The notes beneath the pieces are model-generated. The model was not told the origin of the DNA and made no database searches. It worked only from the letters and a program-made list of their open reading frames with translations. From Armatimonadota bacterium (GTDB lineage Bacteria > Armatimonadota > UBA5829 > DTLH01), in contig JBDKUN010000059.1 in NCBI GenBank assembly GCA_039679675.1, positions 1-64,000 of the forward strand: a DNA stretch of 64,000 nt, in the 5' to 3' direction. This document shows, in pieces, positions 9,154-19,200 of this stretch (positions are counted from its first letter, which is position 1; every line of letters starts with the position of its first letter). A program made the position numbers and the translations under genes.

Positions 9154-10734
9154 TCAGAAAGTAACCTGTTTTACGCTCTCTATACCATCGATGCACACGA
9201 TTTCGCGCATCACTTCGTCCGATATCGGGCTATCCACTCCCATTACCATGATTGCGCGGCTTCCGCGTTTCATCCGTCCGACACTCATCCCTGCTATGTT
9301 GATCCCACTGCGGCCAAGAGTGCTTCCTACGCTTCCGATGACACCTGGCCTGTCGATGTGTGGAGCGAACAACATCGTCCCTTCAGGTACAACATCGACT
9401 CGATAGCCGTCTAGTGACACTATATGAATGTATTCCCTGCCGAATACCGTTCCGCCGATTTGTTTGTTACCCTTGTCAGTAACCGCATCAATCAGAATAA
9501 ACGAAGTGTATTCCCCTTTGGAAGGGCTGTGACTCTCAGCAACATGGATACCCCTTGATTCTGCAGTTACCAATGCATTTACGAAGTTGACTGTCTCGCT
9601 CATTACAGGTTTCAGCAGTCCTACCAGAACCGCACGGGTAATTGTGCCGGTCTCCTCGTCAGCAACTTCCCCCATATAAGAAATGCTGACGGATTCGATC
9701 CTTCCTTCTGCTGTATTCGCAAGAATCGATCCCATTCTTTCGGCAAGAGTAAGATACGGCTTGATACGACCTAATACCTCAGCTGAAATTGCAGGCATGT
9801 TGACCGCAGCACGAACAGGTTTACCGTTCAAATAATCGACTATCTGCTCTGCCACATCCACAGCCACTTTGCTCTGAGCTTCTTTTGTGGATGCGCCAAG
9901 ATGAGGGGTTGTAATAATGTTCGGCGCACCCAAGAGCGGATTATTCGGAGAAATAGGTTCACTTGAATAGACATCTATAGCTGCTCCGGCCACTTTTCCG
10001 TCTACTAGTGCACCGGCAAGGGCAGCCTCATCAATGATGCCCCCGCGTGCCACATTTATAATGCGTACTCCGTCTTTCATGGCACTAATCTCGGCTGCAC
10101 TGATAAGCTCCTCTGTTTCCTTGTTCTTTGGAAGGTGAAGAGTGATATAATCACTTACTCTCAAGAGCTGTTCCAAGTCGACCAACTGCACTCCAAGCTT
10201 TTTTACTGCCTCAGCCGGAAGAAATGGATCATATCCTATAACTCGCATGCCGAAGGCTAGAGCGCGTTTTGCCACCTCCCGGCCGATTTTACCGAGCCCA
10301 AGTATGCCTAATAATTTATTATATACTTCTACACCAACGTACCGCTGCCGGTCCCATTCACCCCGCTTCATTGATTGATCAGCAGCAGGTATATTTCGCG
10401 ACAGCGCAAGTAAATGCGCCATCGTCAATTCCGCTGCGGCTATCGTGTTTCCTTCAGGGGAGTTTACGACTACAATCCCCCGCTTTGTTGCGGCGGGTAC
10501 GTCGATATTATCTACCCCCACCCCGGCCCTTCCGATGATGCGGAGCCTGCAGGCCGCATCAATGACATCGGACGTTACCTGTGTCGCGCTTCTTACAACA
10601 AGAGCATCATATTTACCTATCGAAGCCAATATCTCCTCTTTTGTAAGAGTAGTTTTCACATCAACTTGCGCTGTGCGCTCCAGGATGTTTACACCTTCTA
10701 CAGAAATCTTATCAGCCACGAGGATCCTTGCCAT
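9154..10734 (-). CDS. serA: D-3-phosphoglycerate dehydrogenase (long form with ASB and ACT domains)
   Basis: GRAGVGVDNID, GLGKIG, NVARGG, TPHLGAST and C-terminal DRPGVIG ACT domain. Confidence 0.97.
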   Translation of the reverse strand: MARILVADKISVEGVNILERTAQVDVKTTLTKEEILASIGKYDALVVRSATQVTSDVIDAACRLRIIGRAGVGVDNIDVPAATKRGIVVVNSPEGNTIAAAELTMAHLLALSRNIPAADQSMKRGEWDRQRYVGVEVYNKLLGILGLGKIGREVAKRALAFGMRVIGYDPFLPAEAVKKLGVQLVDLEQLLRVSDYITLHLPKNKETEELISAAEISAMKDGVRIINVARGGIIDEAALAGALVDGKVAGAAIDVYSSEPISPNNPLLGAPNIITTPHLGASTKEAQSKVAVDVAEQIVDYLNGKPVRAAVNMPAISAEVLGRIKPYLTLAERMGSILANTAEGRIESVSISYMGEVADEETGTITRAVLVGLLKPVMSETVNFVNALVTAESRGIHVAESHSPSKGEYTSFILIDAVTDKGNKQIGGTVFGREYIHIVSLDGYRVDVVPEGTMLFAPHIDRPGVIGSVGSTLGRSGINIAGMSVGRMKRGSRAIMVMGVDSPISDEVMREIVCIDGIESVKQVTF

Positions 10735-10992
10735 AAGAACTAATTCCTTTCGCTTCTCAGGGCTAGCTTCTCACCTTATATAATTATCGACTTAGACGTA
10801 AGTATAATGGAAACCTTCAACTCCATATAATTCTAGATATTTTGCCGGAAAACGCATTTCTGGTTCCAATCTTGCAATGAAACATAGAGGAATATCTTTG
10901 TGTTGTTGAGGAGGTGAGCATATTTTACATTAATGTTACACGGATGTTGTCATAACGTTGCATAGTTCTGGTAGCGTTTTTTTACAGAAAAT

Positions 10993-11011
10993 TGATTGGT
11001 TAAACCAATCA
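10993..11011. promoter_or_regulatory. Perfect palindrome TGATTGGTT-A-AACCAATCA, candidate GntR/FadR-type operator
   Basis: 9-bp arms. The core TTGGT-N3-ACCAA resembles FadR-subfamily boxes. Confidence 0.5.
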
Positions 11012-11068
11012 GCGGTTAATGAACCTGCTTTATTGTTTAGCTTGCCGGTAGGATGGGTAGTAGGCTTT

Positions 11069-11290
11069 ATAAAGCATTGTTATGGTTCCATTTAACAGCG
11101 CTTTATTAGCAGACTATTATGAACACTCCAGTCACGGCCTCATTATGGCGTCCGTGGAACTGAACCGCCGCAGGACGCGGCGCTCCGACACTTTACAACG
11201 TCGATAAGAATCCGAACTAAGTTATTATGGTCAAAATCAACTATAATCGGAGACAGTGTAAGGTAGCGATAGAAAGCGCCACTTTTGTTT
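11069..11290. ncRNA. Candidate structured RNA or leader upstream of the sigma factor gene (family unknown)
   Basis: Consecutive hairpins at 11069-11106, 11129-11162, 11166-11182, 11186-11203 and 11211-11251, then a stem with a T-run near 11263-11290. Confidence 0.3.
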
Positions 11291-11465
11291 AGCTGTTTCC
11301 CTGATTATTATCATATATTCTCAGCAGTAAGAGTTTCATGAACTGAAACTCTGCAGGTAGAAGCGATGGAAGATCTGCCCAGATGCAGACTTACCAATCG
11401 CCGGAAAAGAAGCAATGTTTAGGGGAAGAATGTTGTGCTATGCCCGATGAAAGGAGGCTGGACAC

Positions 11466-12356
11466 ATGGAAGGCGAAACATTAGAACTGTCTGATCGTTA
11501 TAAGGGCGGTAAGCGCCAGGTTGCTGCCATATCCGATTCCATGGATATGTATTTGAACAGGATCGGAAGGCGGCCTTTGCTTTCACACGCAAAGGAGATG
11601 GAAATTGCCAGGCTTGCTGCCGCAGGCGATACTGAAGCTAAGAAAACTCTCATTGAGTGCAATCTCAAGCTTGTTGTCAGCATTGCCAAGATGTATTCCA
11701 GATCAGGCATCCCGCTTCCGGACTTGATTCAAGAGGGAAATATCGGTCTCATTAAAGCTGTTGAATCTTTCGATTATACGAGAGGGTTCAGATTCAGCAC
11801 CTATGCCGTGGCTTGGATCAGGCAGGCTATTACTCGCTCGATTGAGCGGCATGGCCGGACTATACGGGTCCCTAGCTATGTGATTCAGTCGATCAGGAAG
11901 CTTCATCGGCTTCAGTCCAGTTTTATGAACGAATACGGTCATGATCCTTCAATAGATGAGCTGTCGCAGCAGGCAGGGCTCACGCAAACACAGATCATGA
12001 AGCTTCTGGAATCGTCTGAAGGACTTGTATCGCTCGATGAATGCATCAGCGAAGATGGCAGCACGGCCCTTATCGAAAAGCTGATAGATGCCACGTCCGA
12101 AGACCCGGAAGCCAGAGCCTTGAGACAGGAGAACGCAGAGATCGTTACCAAACTCGTAGCAGGGCTGAGCACCCAGGAAAAATTGATAATTGAAAAAAGG
12201 TTTGGCTTGGACAACGGAGCCACGTCAACACTGCAGGAAATAGGCCAACAATTGCATATAACAAGAGAAAGAGTACGGCAATTGGAAGCCAGAGCTCTCA
12301 AGAAACTTCGCATAGCCGCTACCAGAAACCGGCTGGACGGCTATTTTGTAATATAA
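11466..12356 (+). CDS. Sigma70-family alternative sigma factor (regions 1.2, 2, 3, 4; no 1.1)
   Basis: YLNRIGRRPLL, NLKLVVSIAK, DLIQEGNIGL, RTIRVP and TRERVRQLE. AGGAGG RBS. Confidence 0.95.
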   Translation: MEGETLELSDRYKGGKRQVAAISDSMDMYLNRIGRRPLLSHAKEMEIARLAAAGDTEAKKTLIECNLKLVVSIAKMYSRSGIPLPDLIQEGNIGLIKAVESFDYTRGFRFSTYAVAWIRQAITRSIERHGRTIRVPSYVIQSIRKLHRLQSSFMNEYGHDPSIDELSQQAGLTQTQIMKLLESSEGLVSLDECISEDGSTALIEKLIDATSEDPEARALRQENAEIVTKLVAGLSTQEKLIIEKRFGLDNGATSTLQEIGQQLHITRERVRQLEARALKKLRIAATRNRLDGYFVI

Positions 12357-12387
12357 AGCAGTTACCCAAATAAACAGGAGAGAGGGT

Positions 12388-12648
12388 GTGGGTAGAATGG
12401 AGGCTTGTACTGCTGTATCGTCGCGTAGTGTCTGCGACGATGAAGTACTTTCTCGACTCACGGAAAGGGAGCGGGAAATATTACGGCTGATCTTCGATGG
12501 GAAGTGTTCAAACGAAGTGGCCAGTATATTATGTGTAAGCAAACGTACAGTTGATTTTCATCTTGCGAGAGCTTACGTAAAATTGGGAGTATCGAATAGG
12601 TTTCAGGCATTCAAAAAAGCAATTGAGTTAGGGATAATAGAATCTTAA
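12388..12648 (+). CDS. Solo LuxR/GerE-type HTH regulator
   Basis: LTEREREIL...SNEVA...SKRTVDFHL...KLGVSNR. No receiver or sensor domain. Confidence 0.9.
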   Translation: MGRMEACTAVSSRSVCDDEVLSRLTEREREILRLIFDGKCSNEVASILCVSKRTVDFHLARAYVKLGVSNRFQAFKKAIELGIIES

Positions 12649-12680
12649 CTGCTTTAGATTGTTGTAACTGCTGTAAATTG

Positions 12681-12722
12681 CCGGGGACTGCCGGCCGGTA
12701 AGGGAGTCTCCGGTTATTTTTG
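12681..12722 (+). terminator. Terminator after the sigma-luxR pair
   Basis: CCGGGGACT...AGTCTCCGG stem followed by TTATTTTT. Confidence 0.6.
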
Positions 12723-12731
12723 TGTGTTCTT

Positions 12732-13607
12732 CTACAGAGTTCGAATCAAATTCTTTATTTTCGACACGTCAGATGCTGCCACAACCACTTGCTCTGCGCC
12801 ATCGTTTTCCACAGCATCCGCTACTTCCTCTTCCGATAATGTCGTTGCTTCTTCATCCTGCAAAAAAACGATATGCCCGGCATCTGTAAAACGCTCTGCA
12901 ATACTGACGAGCCGAATATCAGGATCCACAAGGTGAACCTTCATCGGTTTACCCGCGGAAAGCGCCAGTAGTGTTTCAAACAACTCTACATCCGGGTCCG
13001 ACAGATCTGCACGCAGTGACTTGGTTTCTGCTTCAACTAAACGCAAAAACAGCACTACCAGAGAATCCGCTCCCTGTGAAATGGCGGTCTCTGCGTCTTG
13101 AATAGATGAGACGACAGCGGAAACCAGCACAACCCGTCCGTCTTGTGTCCTGGCAGGAAGATGTGCAGATTCCAGAAACACCCGGCTTACCGGCTGTTGT
13201 GTTTGGCTGTTCTGATAGCGGATGACCGTTTCCGCGTTCGGATCGATATAAACAATCCCTTCATTTCCATCGATTATTACCAACTGCTCGCAGTCGAGCG
13301 ATTGAATGAGATCGCTTACACCCGAAACACATGGAACAGTTATCGGTAGTCCCGGCTGGTCGTCCTTTTCGGATACAATTCCAGCCGTACGTATTCCGGG
13401 AATTCTTACAGCGGAGCCTATCGAGAGAAGATCACATATTATTATCGCTTCTGGATAATCATCCGGCCTAAGGCCCATCCTCAATGATTTGAGCCCCTGC
13501 TTCATGATGTTTTCCGGCACTCCTGACAGACCATGTTGAACATCGACGGCTGCAGCCATTGCTATAGCTATTCCCGGTACACGGGGCGTTCCTTGAAGCT
13601 CACGCAT
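12732..13607 (-). CDS. Degenerate PTS enzyme I (PtsI)-like protein lacking the phospho-His motif
   Basis: PGIAI N-terminus, IIDGNEGIVYIDP and LPARTQDG match EI. GGxTSH and GLFRTE are absent. Only 291 aa. Confidence 0.75.
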   Translation of the reverse strand: MRELQGTPRVPGIAIAMAAAVDVQHGLSGVPENIMKQGLKSLRMGLRPDDYPEAIIICDLLSIGSAVRIPGIRTAGIVSEKDDQPGLPITVPCVSGVSDLIQSLDCEQLVIIDGNEGIVYIDPNAETVIRYQNSQTQQPVSRVFLESAHLPARTQDGRVVLVSAVVSSIQDAETAISQGADSLVVLFLRLVEAETKSLRADLSDPDVELFETLLALSAGKPMKVHLVDPDIRLVSIAERFTDAGHIVFLQDEEATTLSEEEVADAVENDGAEQVVVAASDVSKIKNLIRTL

Positions 13608-13619
13608 CGGGCGTCACCA

Positions 13620-14420
13620 TCATCGACTGCTGCTTTCCTGAGGCTTGGGAGGGGTTTTCTCCGTTCCTGCCGTCTCATCGTCAAGGTTTACTTCGACAGT
13701 TGCACTGCCGTTGTCGGCCTCAATCCATTCAGAGCCTTCTTTGAGCGACGCCTTGACTGTTCCGGGCGAAGTAAACGTCTGCCCCTTCTCATCTGTTGCC
13801 TTTACGCCTCCGTTGAGGGTCAGAAGTTCCTGTTTTACGTCGTAAACAGCCTTTTGCGCGACGATCACCCTGTTCTTTTGCGTCACTTTGATGTTTCCAT
13901 CGGCTGTCGCTATCTTTTTCTTGTATAAATATTCGAGTTTATCGCATGTGATAGTCGAAGGATTGTGAAGCTGCGTCTGGACGGATTCCTCACTCTTTGC
14001 TTTGTCGGTTCCTTTTGGTTTTGTGATCATCCTAACATTGCCGTCGACTATACTTTTACGATCTTTAAGGTAAGCTATGCCTTTAGTCCCGGTTATGTCG
14101 TTCTCTGGATCGACAATCCTGAAATTGCCCTCAGCAACTACCGTTTCAGTCTTCTTGGTATACACAGCCCTGTCAGATGTCATCGTCATGTCCTGGTATT
14201 TCACCACGACGTTTCCGGTTATCGTATAAACCCTGGCGTCATCATCTCCCTGGACCTTCCAATGGTCACCATTGATAGTTGCCGATTCCTTTTTCGGTTT
14301 TGCCTGCTGTACTTCATCCGGAGCGCCGATACTTAACGTAACCGCAATAACCGCAAAAGCCATTACCGCGAGGATCGTTATCGTCCATTTCAAAAATCTC
14401 GACCCATTGCGGCTTTTCAT
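13620..14420 (-). CDS. lptA: LptA/OstA-family beta-jellyroll protein (two OstA-like units)
   Basis: N-terminal signal or TM, repeated xGNVxV / AxGN and ITCDKLEY strands. ATGA overlap with lptC. Confidence 0.75.
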   Translation of the reverse strand: MKSRNGSRFLKWTITILAVMAFAVIAVTLSIGAPDEVQQAKPKKESATINGDHWKVQGDDDARVYTITGNVVVKYQDMTMTSDRAVYTKKTETVVAEGNFRIVDPENDITGTKGIAYLKDRKSIVDGNVRMITKPKGTDKAKSEESVQTQLHNPSTITCDKLEYLYKKKIATADGNIKVTQKNRVIVAQKAVYDVKQELLTLNGGVKATDEKGQTFTSPGTVKASLKEGSEWIEADNGSATVEVNLDDETAGTEKTPPKPQESSSR

Positions 14421-14998
14421 TGCGTATTACCCTTTCCAATCTCGACAACCATTTTTGCTTTATCCATCCTGATTTCCTGATTATCGATGTTCGCGACCAG
14501 ATCCCGTCCTACAAGCACACTTCCATTTGTTGCCAAACTTACTTTTCCCGGACACCTAAGTTCTTTCATATAGTTTGACCACCGCGCCTGTTCTGTCTGA
14601 GCGGTATATCCTTGGACTGATACGACCCTTACGCCACCAGTCACTTCGACATCGCCTGTCGACGAATCATAAACAGCTCTTCCGGCGTTAAGGGATACCA
14701 CTTGCTTTCCATCGCTGAATAGTCTGCCGTCGTATATGCCGATCAGCTCAGTCATAAAACGCCCGCGGGATACATTCGCCCGCTTTGCTTCGAAGCTCCA
14801 AATCTTTTTACCACCGGAACGGCCTATAACTTCTACGTTCTTTAAGCTCAAAATGATTCTAGGATTACCGACGATTTTATTTGTGGTCTGATAAGGCGAG
14901 TATTTCCACAAAAATGCGAGCATGACTATCAGCCCTGCTGTTATAACCATCACAGCTGCGCTTATTAAGTACTTTCGCTTGTTCGCGCTCATTATCAT
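14417..14998 (-). CDS. lptC: LPS export periplasmic protein LptC-like
   Basis: N-terminal TM, GKKIWSFEAKRA, LNAGRAVYD, GGVRV and TEQARW patterns. Confidence 0.75.
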   Translation of the reverse strand: MIMSANKRKYLISAAVMVITAGLIVMLAFLWKYSPYQTTNKIVGNPRIILSLKNVEVIGRSGGKKIWSFEAKRANVSRGRFMTELIGIYDGRLFSDGKQVVSLNAGRAVYDSSTGDVEVTGGVRVVSVQGYTAQTEQARWSNYMKELRCPGKVSLATNGSVLVGRDLVANIDNQEIRMDKAKMVVEIGKGNTQ

Positions 14999-15020
14999 AT
15001 TGGAAATCCTGCCGCATACA

Positions 15021-15058
15021 AAGCAAAATCCCCCCGATACGGATGTGTTCAGGGGGAA
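15021..15058 (-). terminator. Probable terminator between the lipoprotein genes and lptC
   Basis: CCCCC...GGGGG stem with ATTTTGCTTT tail on the minus strand. Confidence 0.55.
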
Positions 15059-15075
15059 TAGTTAAGCTCGATAAA

Positions 15076-15525
15076 CTAAAGGACTGGTGGCGGAGGTGTC
15101 TCGCTATAGCTTATCAGATATATTGTTCCGAGATTCTGTCCTGTTTTGGGCGCGAGTGGAAGCGGAATTGCCTTTGCATTATATACCGTACCGCTTATCT
15201 TTGCCCAAAAATCAAAATAACCTTCTCCCGGAGTCGCAGTCTTACCATTTACGGAGTATGTCGTAACTACAGGGACAGTAGAAAGCACCATTTTGAACTT
15301 TCCGCTGCTGTCTGTCTGTACCACAGTGGAACCGACTGTGATTTTTGCGCCTACTATCGGCGTAGTTGTGCCGTTCACCAATACGGTCCCGGTAAGGACA
15401 TACTTACCAGTGGTATCGTTATTATTATCATCACTGCTGCTACTGCCACCACCTCCTCCTCCGCAGCCGATCAATGCAACGGCAAGCAACGCCAGTAAAG
15501 AAAACACTGTAATATTTCGAATCAT
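15076..15525 (-). CDS. Lipoprotein with carboxypeptidase-regulatory-like beta domain
   Basis: Lipobox LIGC followed by G7, then LTGTV...PIVGAKITV...TDSSGKF. AGGAG RBS. Confidence 0.85.
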   Translation of the reverse strand: MIRNITVFSLLALLAVALIGCGGGGGGSSSSDDNNNDTTGKYVLTGTVLVNGTTTPIVGAKITVGSTVVQTDSSGKFKMVLSTVPVVTTYSVNGKTATPGEGYFDFWAKISGTVYNAKAIPLPLAPKTGQNLGTIYLISYSETPPPPVL

Positions 15526-15580
15526 TCTCTCTTGTCTCCTACTAGAGATTCTACCGGTGGAATCGGACCGGAAACCGCTT

Positions 15581-16204
15581 CTATTTAGCAAGTGTAAGAT
15601 TGACAGTGACCACTTTAGTCAAGTCACTTATTGTTACCGATTGTTCCTTGGTTATGAAACCTGACTTGGCTGCCCGGAGCTTATACGTCCCGGCAGGAGC
15701 CCAAAAGTAGTACTTGCCATCGCTCGATGTAGTCTTTTGTTCGTAAGTAGTAGTGCCGGAGAGCAGTGTTACTGTGACTCCCGATGCATTTGACTCGCCG
15801 GTAAGGGTTATTGTTCCTTGCAATGTGCGAGGAGTAACATCCGGCGGGTTGCCGCTAACCAGCGCTATCTTTATAGGGTCAGACAGCGTATTACTGCCTG
15901 ATGTTATTGTAACAGACACTGAACCGATTTCATAACCCGTCAATTGCGCTGTAAGTGTCCCGCTTCCGGTAGACAGGCCGGTCAGCCTAAATGAACCGTC
16001 CGAACCGGTGGTTGTGTTCGAGCCGCCCAGCGCTACACGAACGCCTGGAAGCGCTTTACTGGTTGAGCCGTCAATAACTTTTCCGGTCAGAGTATTTCCG
16101 CCGCCCCCACCGCCGCCTCCGCATCCGGCAAGAATAACGGCTGCTGCGGCAACTATTGCTATTATGGTAAACCACTTTTTCATTAATACACTTCCATCCA
16201 TCAT
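15581..16204 (-). CDS. Lipoprotein with two carboxypeptidase-regulatory-like (CarboxypepD_reg) domains
   Basis: Lipobox LAGC followed by G8, LTGKVID...LPGVRV...DGSFRL and PAGTYKLRAAKSGF. Confidence 0.88.
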   Translation of the reverse strand: MMDGSVLMKKWFTIIAIVAAAAVILAGCGGGGGGGGNTLTGKVIDGSTSKALPGVRVALGGSNTTTGSDGSFRLTGLSTGSGTLTAQLTGYEIGSVSVTITSGSNTLSDPIKIALVSGNPPDVTPRTLQGTITLTGESNASGVTVTLLSGTTTYEQKTTSSDGKYYFWAPAGTYKLRAAKSGFITKEQSVTISDLTKVVTVNLTLAK

Positions 16205-19200
16205 CTTGCTATAAGAACGGGGTGGATTTCCTTGACCATCTCGCCGTCTTCTGTAACTGCTTCGAGGTTGAGAAGATACATTCCTGCAGGAACAGACTCC
16301 CCGCTGTCGTCCCTCCTGTCCCAGACCATACTATTGATCCCGGATCTGGTAGGCTGGCCGGAATTAAGCTGCCTTATCATCTGTCCTCCTGGTGCTTTAA
16401 TCACTGCTTTGACTTGTGCCGCAGCGGAGAGATTATAGCTGAACGATAGACTCGTTCCTCTGGTAGACACGACAGTCAGACCGGTTATCATAAGTCTTGT
16501 TGACGGCGATGCATCAGCTGTCACGGTAAGCCTCCTGGGACTTCCATCGCCTGAGTTGAACTTATAGCTGGATGTCGTTCTCATAAATCTGCTGGTCCCT
16601 GTTGTCTCGTCAGTCAAAACCAGCCTGCACTTCTTCGGCGCATCGGAAATATCACCCCACTTGACCGTGATATTCTGGTTAGGTTCGGAAGGCGTTACGA
16701 TCATGTCCCATGAGACCTTGGATGTCCCTGCTGCACGGGTATCTATAGCACATGCAGTCTCTGTCCCGCCCGTTTTTGCAGTTATACTGACTCCGTCGCC
16801 ATAAGAAGGCGGAGCTTCCGAATCGAATGCGTTGTCGAACCCGTCTGTAGCGCCTGCTGCTACACCCAGCGTCACCCTGCTCGCATCACCATTGCCGGAA
16901 TTGGCTGAAAGATGTATCGCCCAATCGTTACCGCCGGATATAGCCGCTTTTCCAGCGCCTGTCGATGCACCTATCGATGCCGCACGGCTGGCCGACCTTC
17001 CAGGCCCAGGAACTATCAGGACAACACCGTCGGCAACGTTGCATTTTATCCAATAGCCCTCCCAGGGATCAAGAGAGGTCGCCTCTGTGTAGCCTGTCCC
17101 CGGAGTATATTTCCAGACTGTTTTACCGACGAGGCCGGTCGACCATGCTGTCGAGAATGAGACCGGATCATCGTTTCCTTTCTCAACCTTGATGCTCGAA
17201 ACTGAAACGGAGGAATTGAAAGGAGCCCCTATCTGGTTCCAACCGGCTGAGAGCCCAATACGGTAAGATCCTGCCGGATCTGGAACATCTCCTGTGACTG
17301 TGACGGTAACTGTGCTCGGGAATTTTGCCCAGTAAGCCCTTCCAGACGCAAAGGGAGGAGTTCTGGGATACATTTCGTATTTGTAATCCCCGCTCAAAAG
17401 CGGGTTCCACCTCGCCAGGAGAAGGCTGTTTGCGGAAATCGCCGGAGAGCCGCTTCCGTTGTCGAGAGCGGCTGCCTGGTCCTGTGTATATGTTGTCATC
17501 GGAAGAGAAATCATCCTCGTTCCAGCTAAAAATGTATGCACAAGCGTCTTTCCAGCCGAATCAGCGTAAAGAAACGCTATGTAGTTTCCGGGGCCGACAT
17601 TTACCGTCTTCGTAACCGGGGTACCGCTCGTCGGAGTATACGTGATATGCAGCTTACTGAACCCAAGAACATCTGTCATGGACGACGTGCCGAATGCGCC
17701 CTTCGTTACGCTTGTACTCGCTCCTGTGGCCTCTGCATCTACCTTCACAGCAACAGTCCCTGTATCCGCGCCGACTACGACACCCTGGAAACTGTTCGGT
17801 AACGCAGAAGTCCCTGCCATCCCCGCCGGAAAATAGACCCTGGTAGTCTCTGTTCCCAGCGTATAATCTATTGCTATACGTTGAGAGCCTCCCAGAGTAT
17901 CCACAAAGAACGTCGGATCGAAAGAACCTTCTCCACCAGTTATGGCGACCGTCTCATACTGGCCAGACAGAAACAGGTCGTTCTCGTAAAGATAGTCCCA
18001 GTATACGGGATATACCGTCCCTGCAAGCGGAGTCTCGTCGCCAGTTGTGGTAGTATTGTAATAGACTAGCACTGTAGGCAGTGAATAGCCTTCAGTGTCC
18101 GGGCTCTCAGGTGTATCCGGTGGAAAAGTAAACACATAGAGCTTTTTACCGATAGAAACGCTCGTATCAAATATATACTGTTTGCTGAACCAGTCGTCAA
18201 ACGCCTGTCCTTCGACTGTTGACGTTATTGAGGATGCAATCCCCTTGAGAGCAGGGACATTTCCTGCGATCCCTGAACTGCCGGACAACTGCAGGTAATA
18301 TTCATTGTTGAACAGCTTGAAGAACGATTGTCCGTCAGTCCTCAGCCTCTCTATATAGACCTTGAGCCAGGCCGTGGACGACATTCCCAGCCTCGGAATT
18401 ATCATCCCTCCGAACATATCCCCGCCCTGCAGCGAATCAGTCCAGGATGTAAGGAATTTGTTATTGGAAAGAGCCGGCTGGTTGAGCATCTCGTAGTTAG
18501 TCATCAGGTAGTAGAATGCATCACCCAGGGTATGGCCGACGAAGTCCAGTTGCTTCAGACCGCTCGATGGGGTCTGCGCGATCTTCTTGTCGATCTCCTC
18601 ACCTGCCGCTACTGCAGCGGCACGCGTAAAGCCCTCCTCCCAGGCATCGTAGCTGAATGCAGCCGTATCGTGGAATGCATGGATCATCATATGAAGCATA
18701 CTCCGCTCAAGACTTATGTCACTGGAGTATCTCCACAGTTTGATCTGCGGCTGAACCCCGCTTCCGGTGACGTATACACCGCCTAAAAGAGAGTCTTTTT
18801 CCGTTTGAGTCGTGTCATTTATCACCTGAACAGTTATCGTCCTTGCGGGACTGCCGTATATCTGGACGAGTATCGGGTAAGCGATCTGAACGAACGACTT
18901 CAGAAGCGTTTCATCTGCCGCTGTCCATCCTGAGTAAGTAAATGTGATCGTTCCTCCGCCATAAGTTTGCGCAGCACGTGTCGGTGACTCGAAACTGCCG
19001 TTCGAGCGGATCAGGACAGTGGTATAGAGCATAGGGTCTACATCTGGCCGTAACATTCCGGCTTTGCGCAACATTGCTATCTGCCTGGACATACCTGTTG
19101 CGGCAGCTCTTGACTTTCCGGCGATAGCTTTTGCCACTGCGGAATCCACTTCTGCAGGATCATTCGGATTTGTGACATCGACAACGACGGCGTTCTGCGG

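Noticed and set aside
12732..13607. Annotating as functional ptsI or as a frameshifted pseudogene
   Set aside because: The catalytic His motif is absent, but the ORF is uninterrupted and tightly coupled to lptA.
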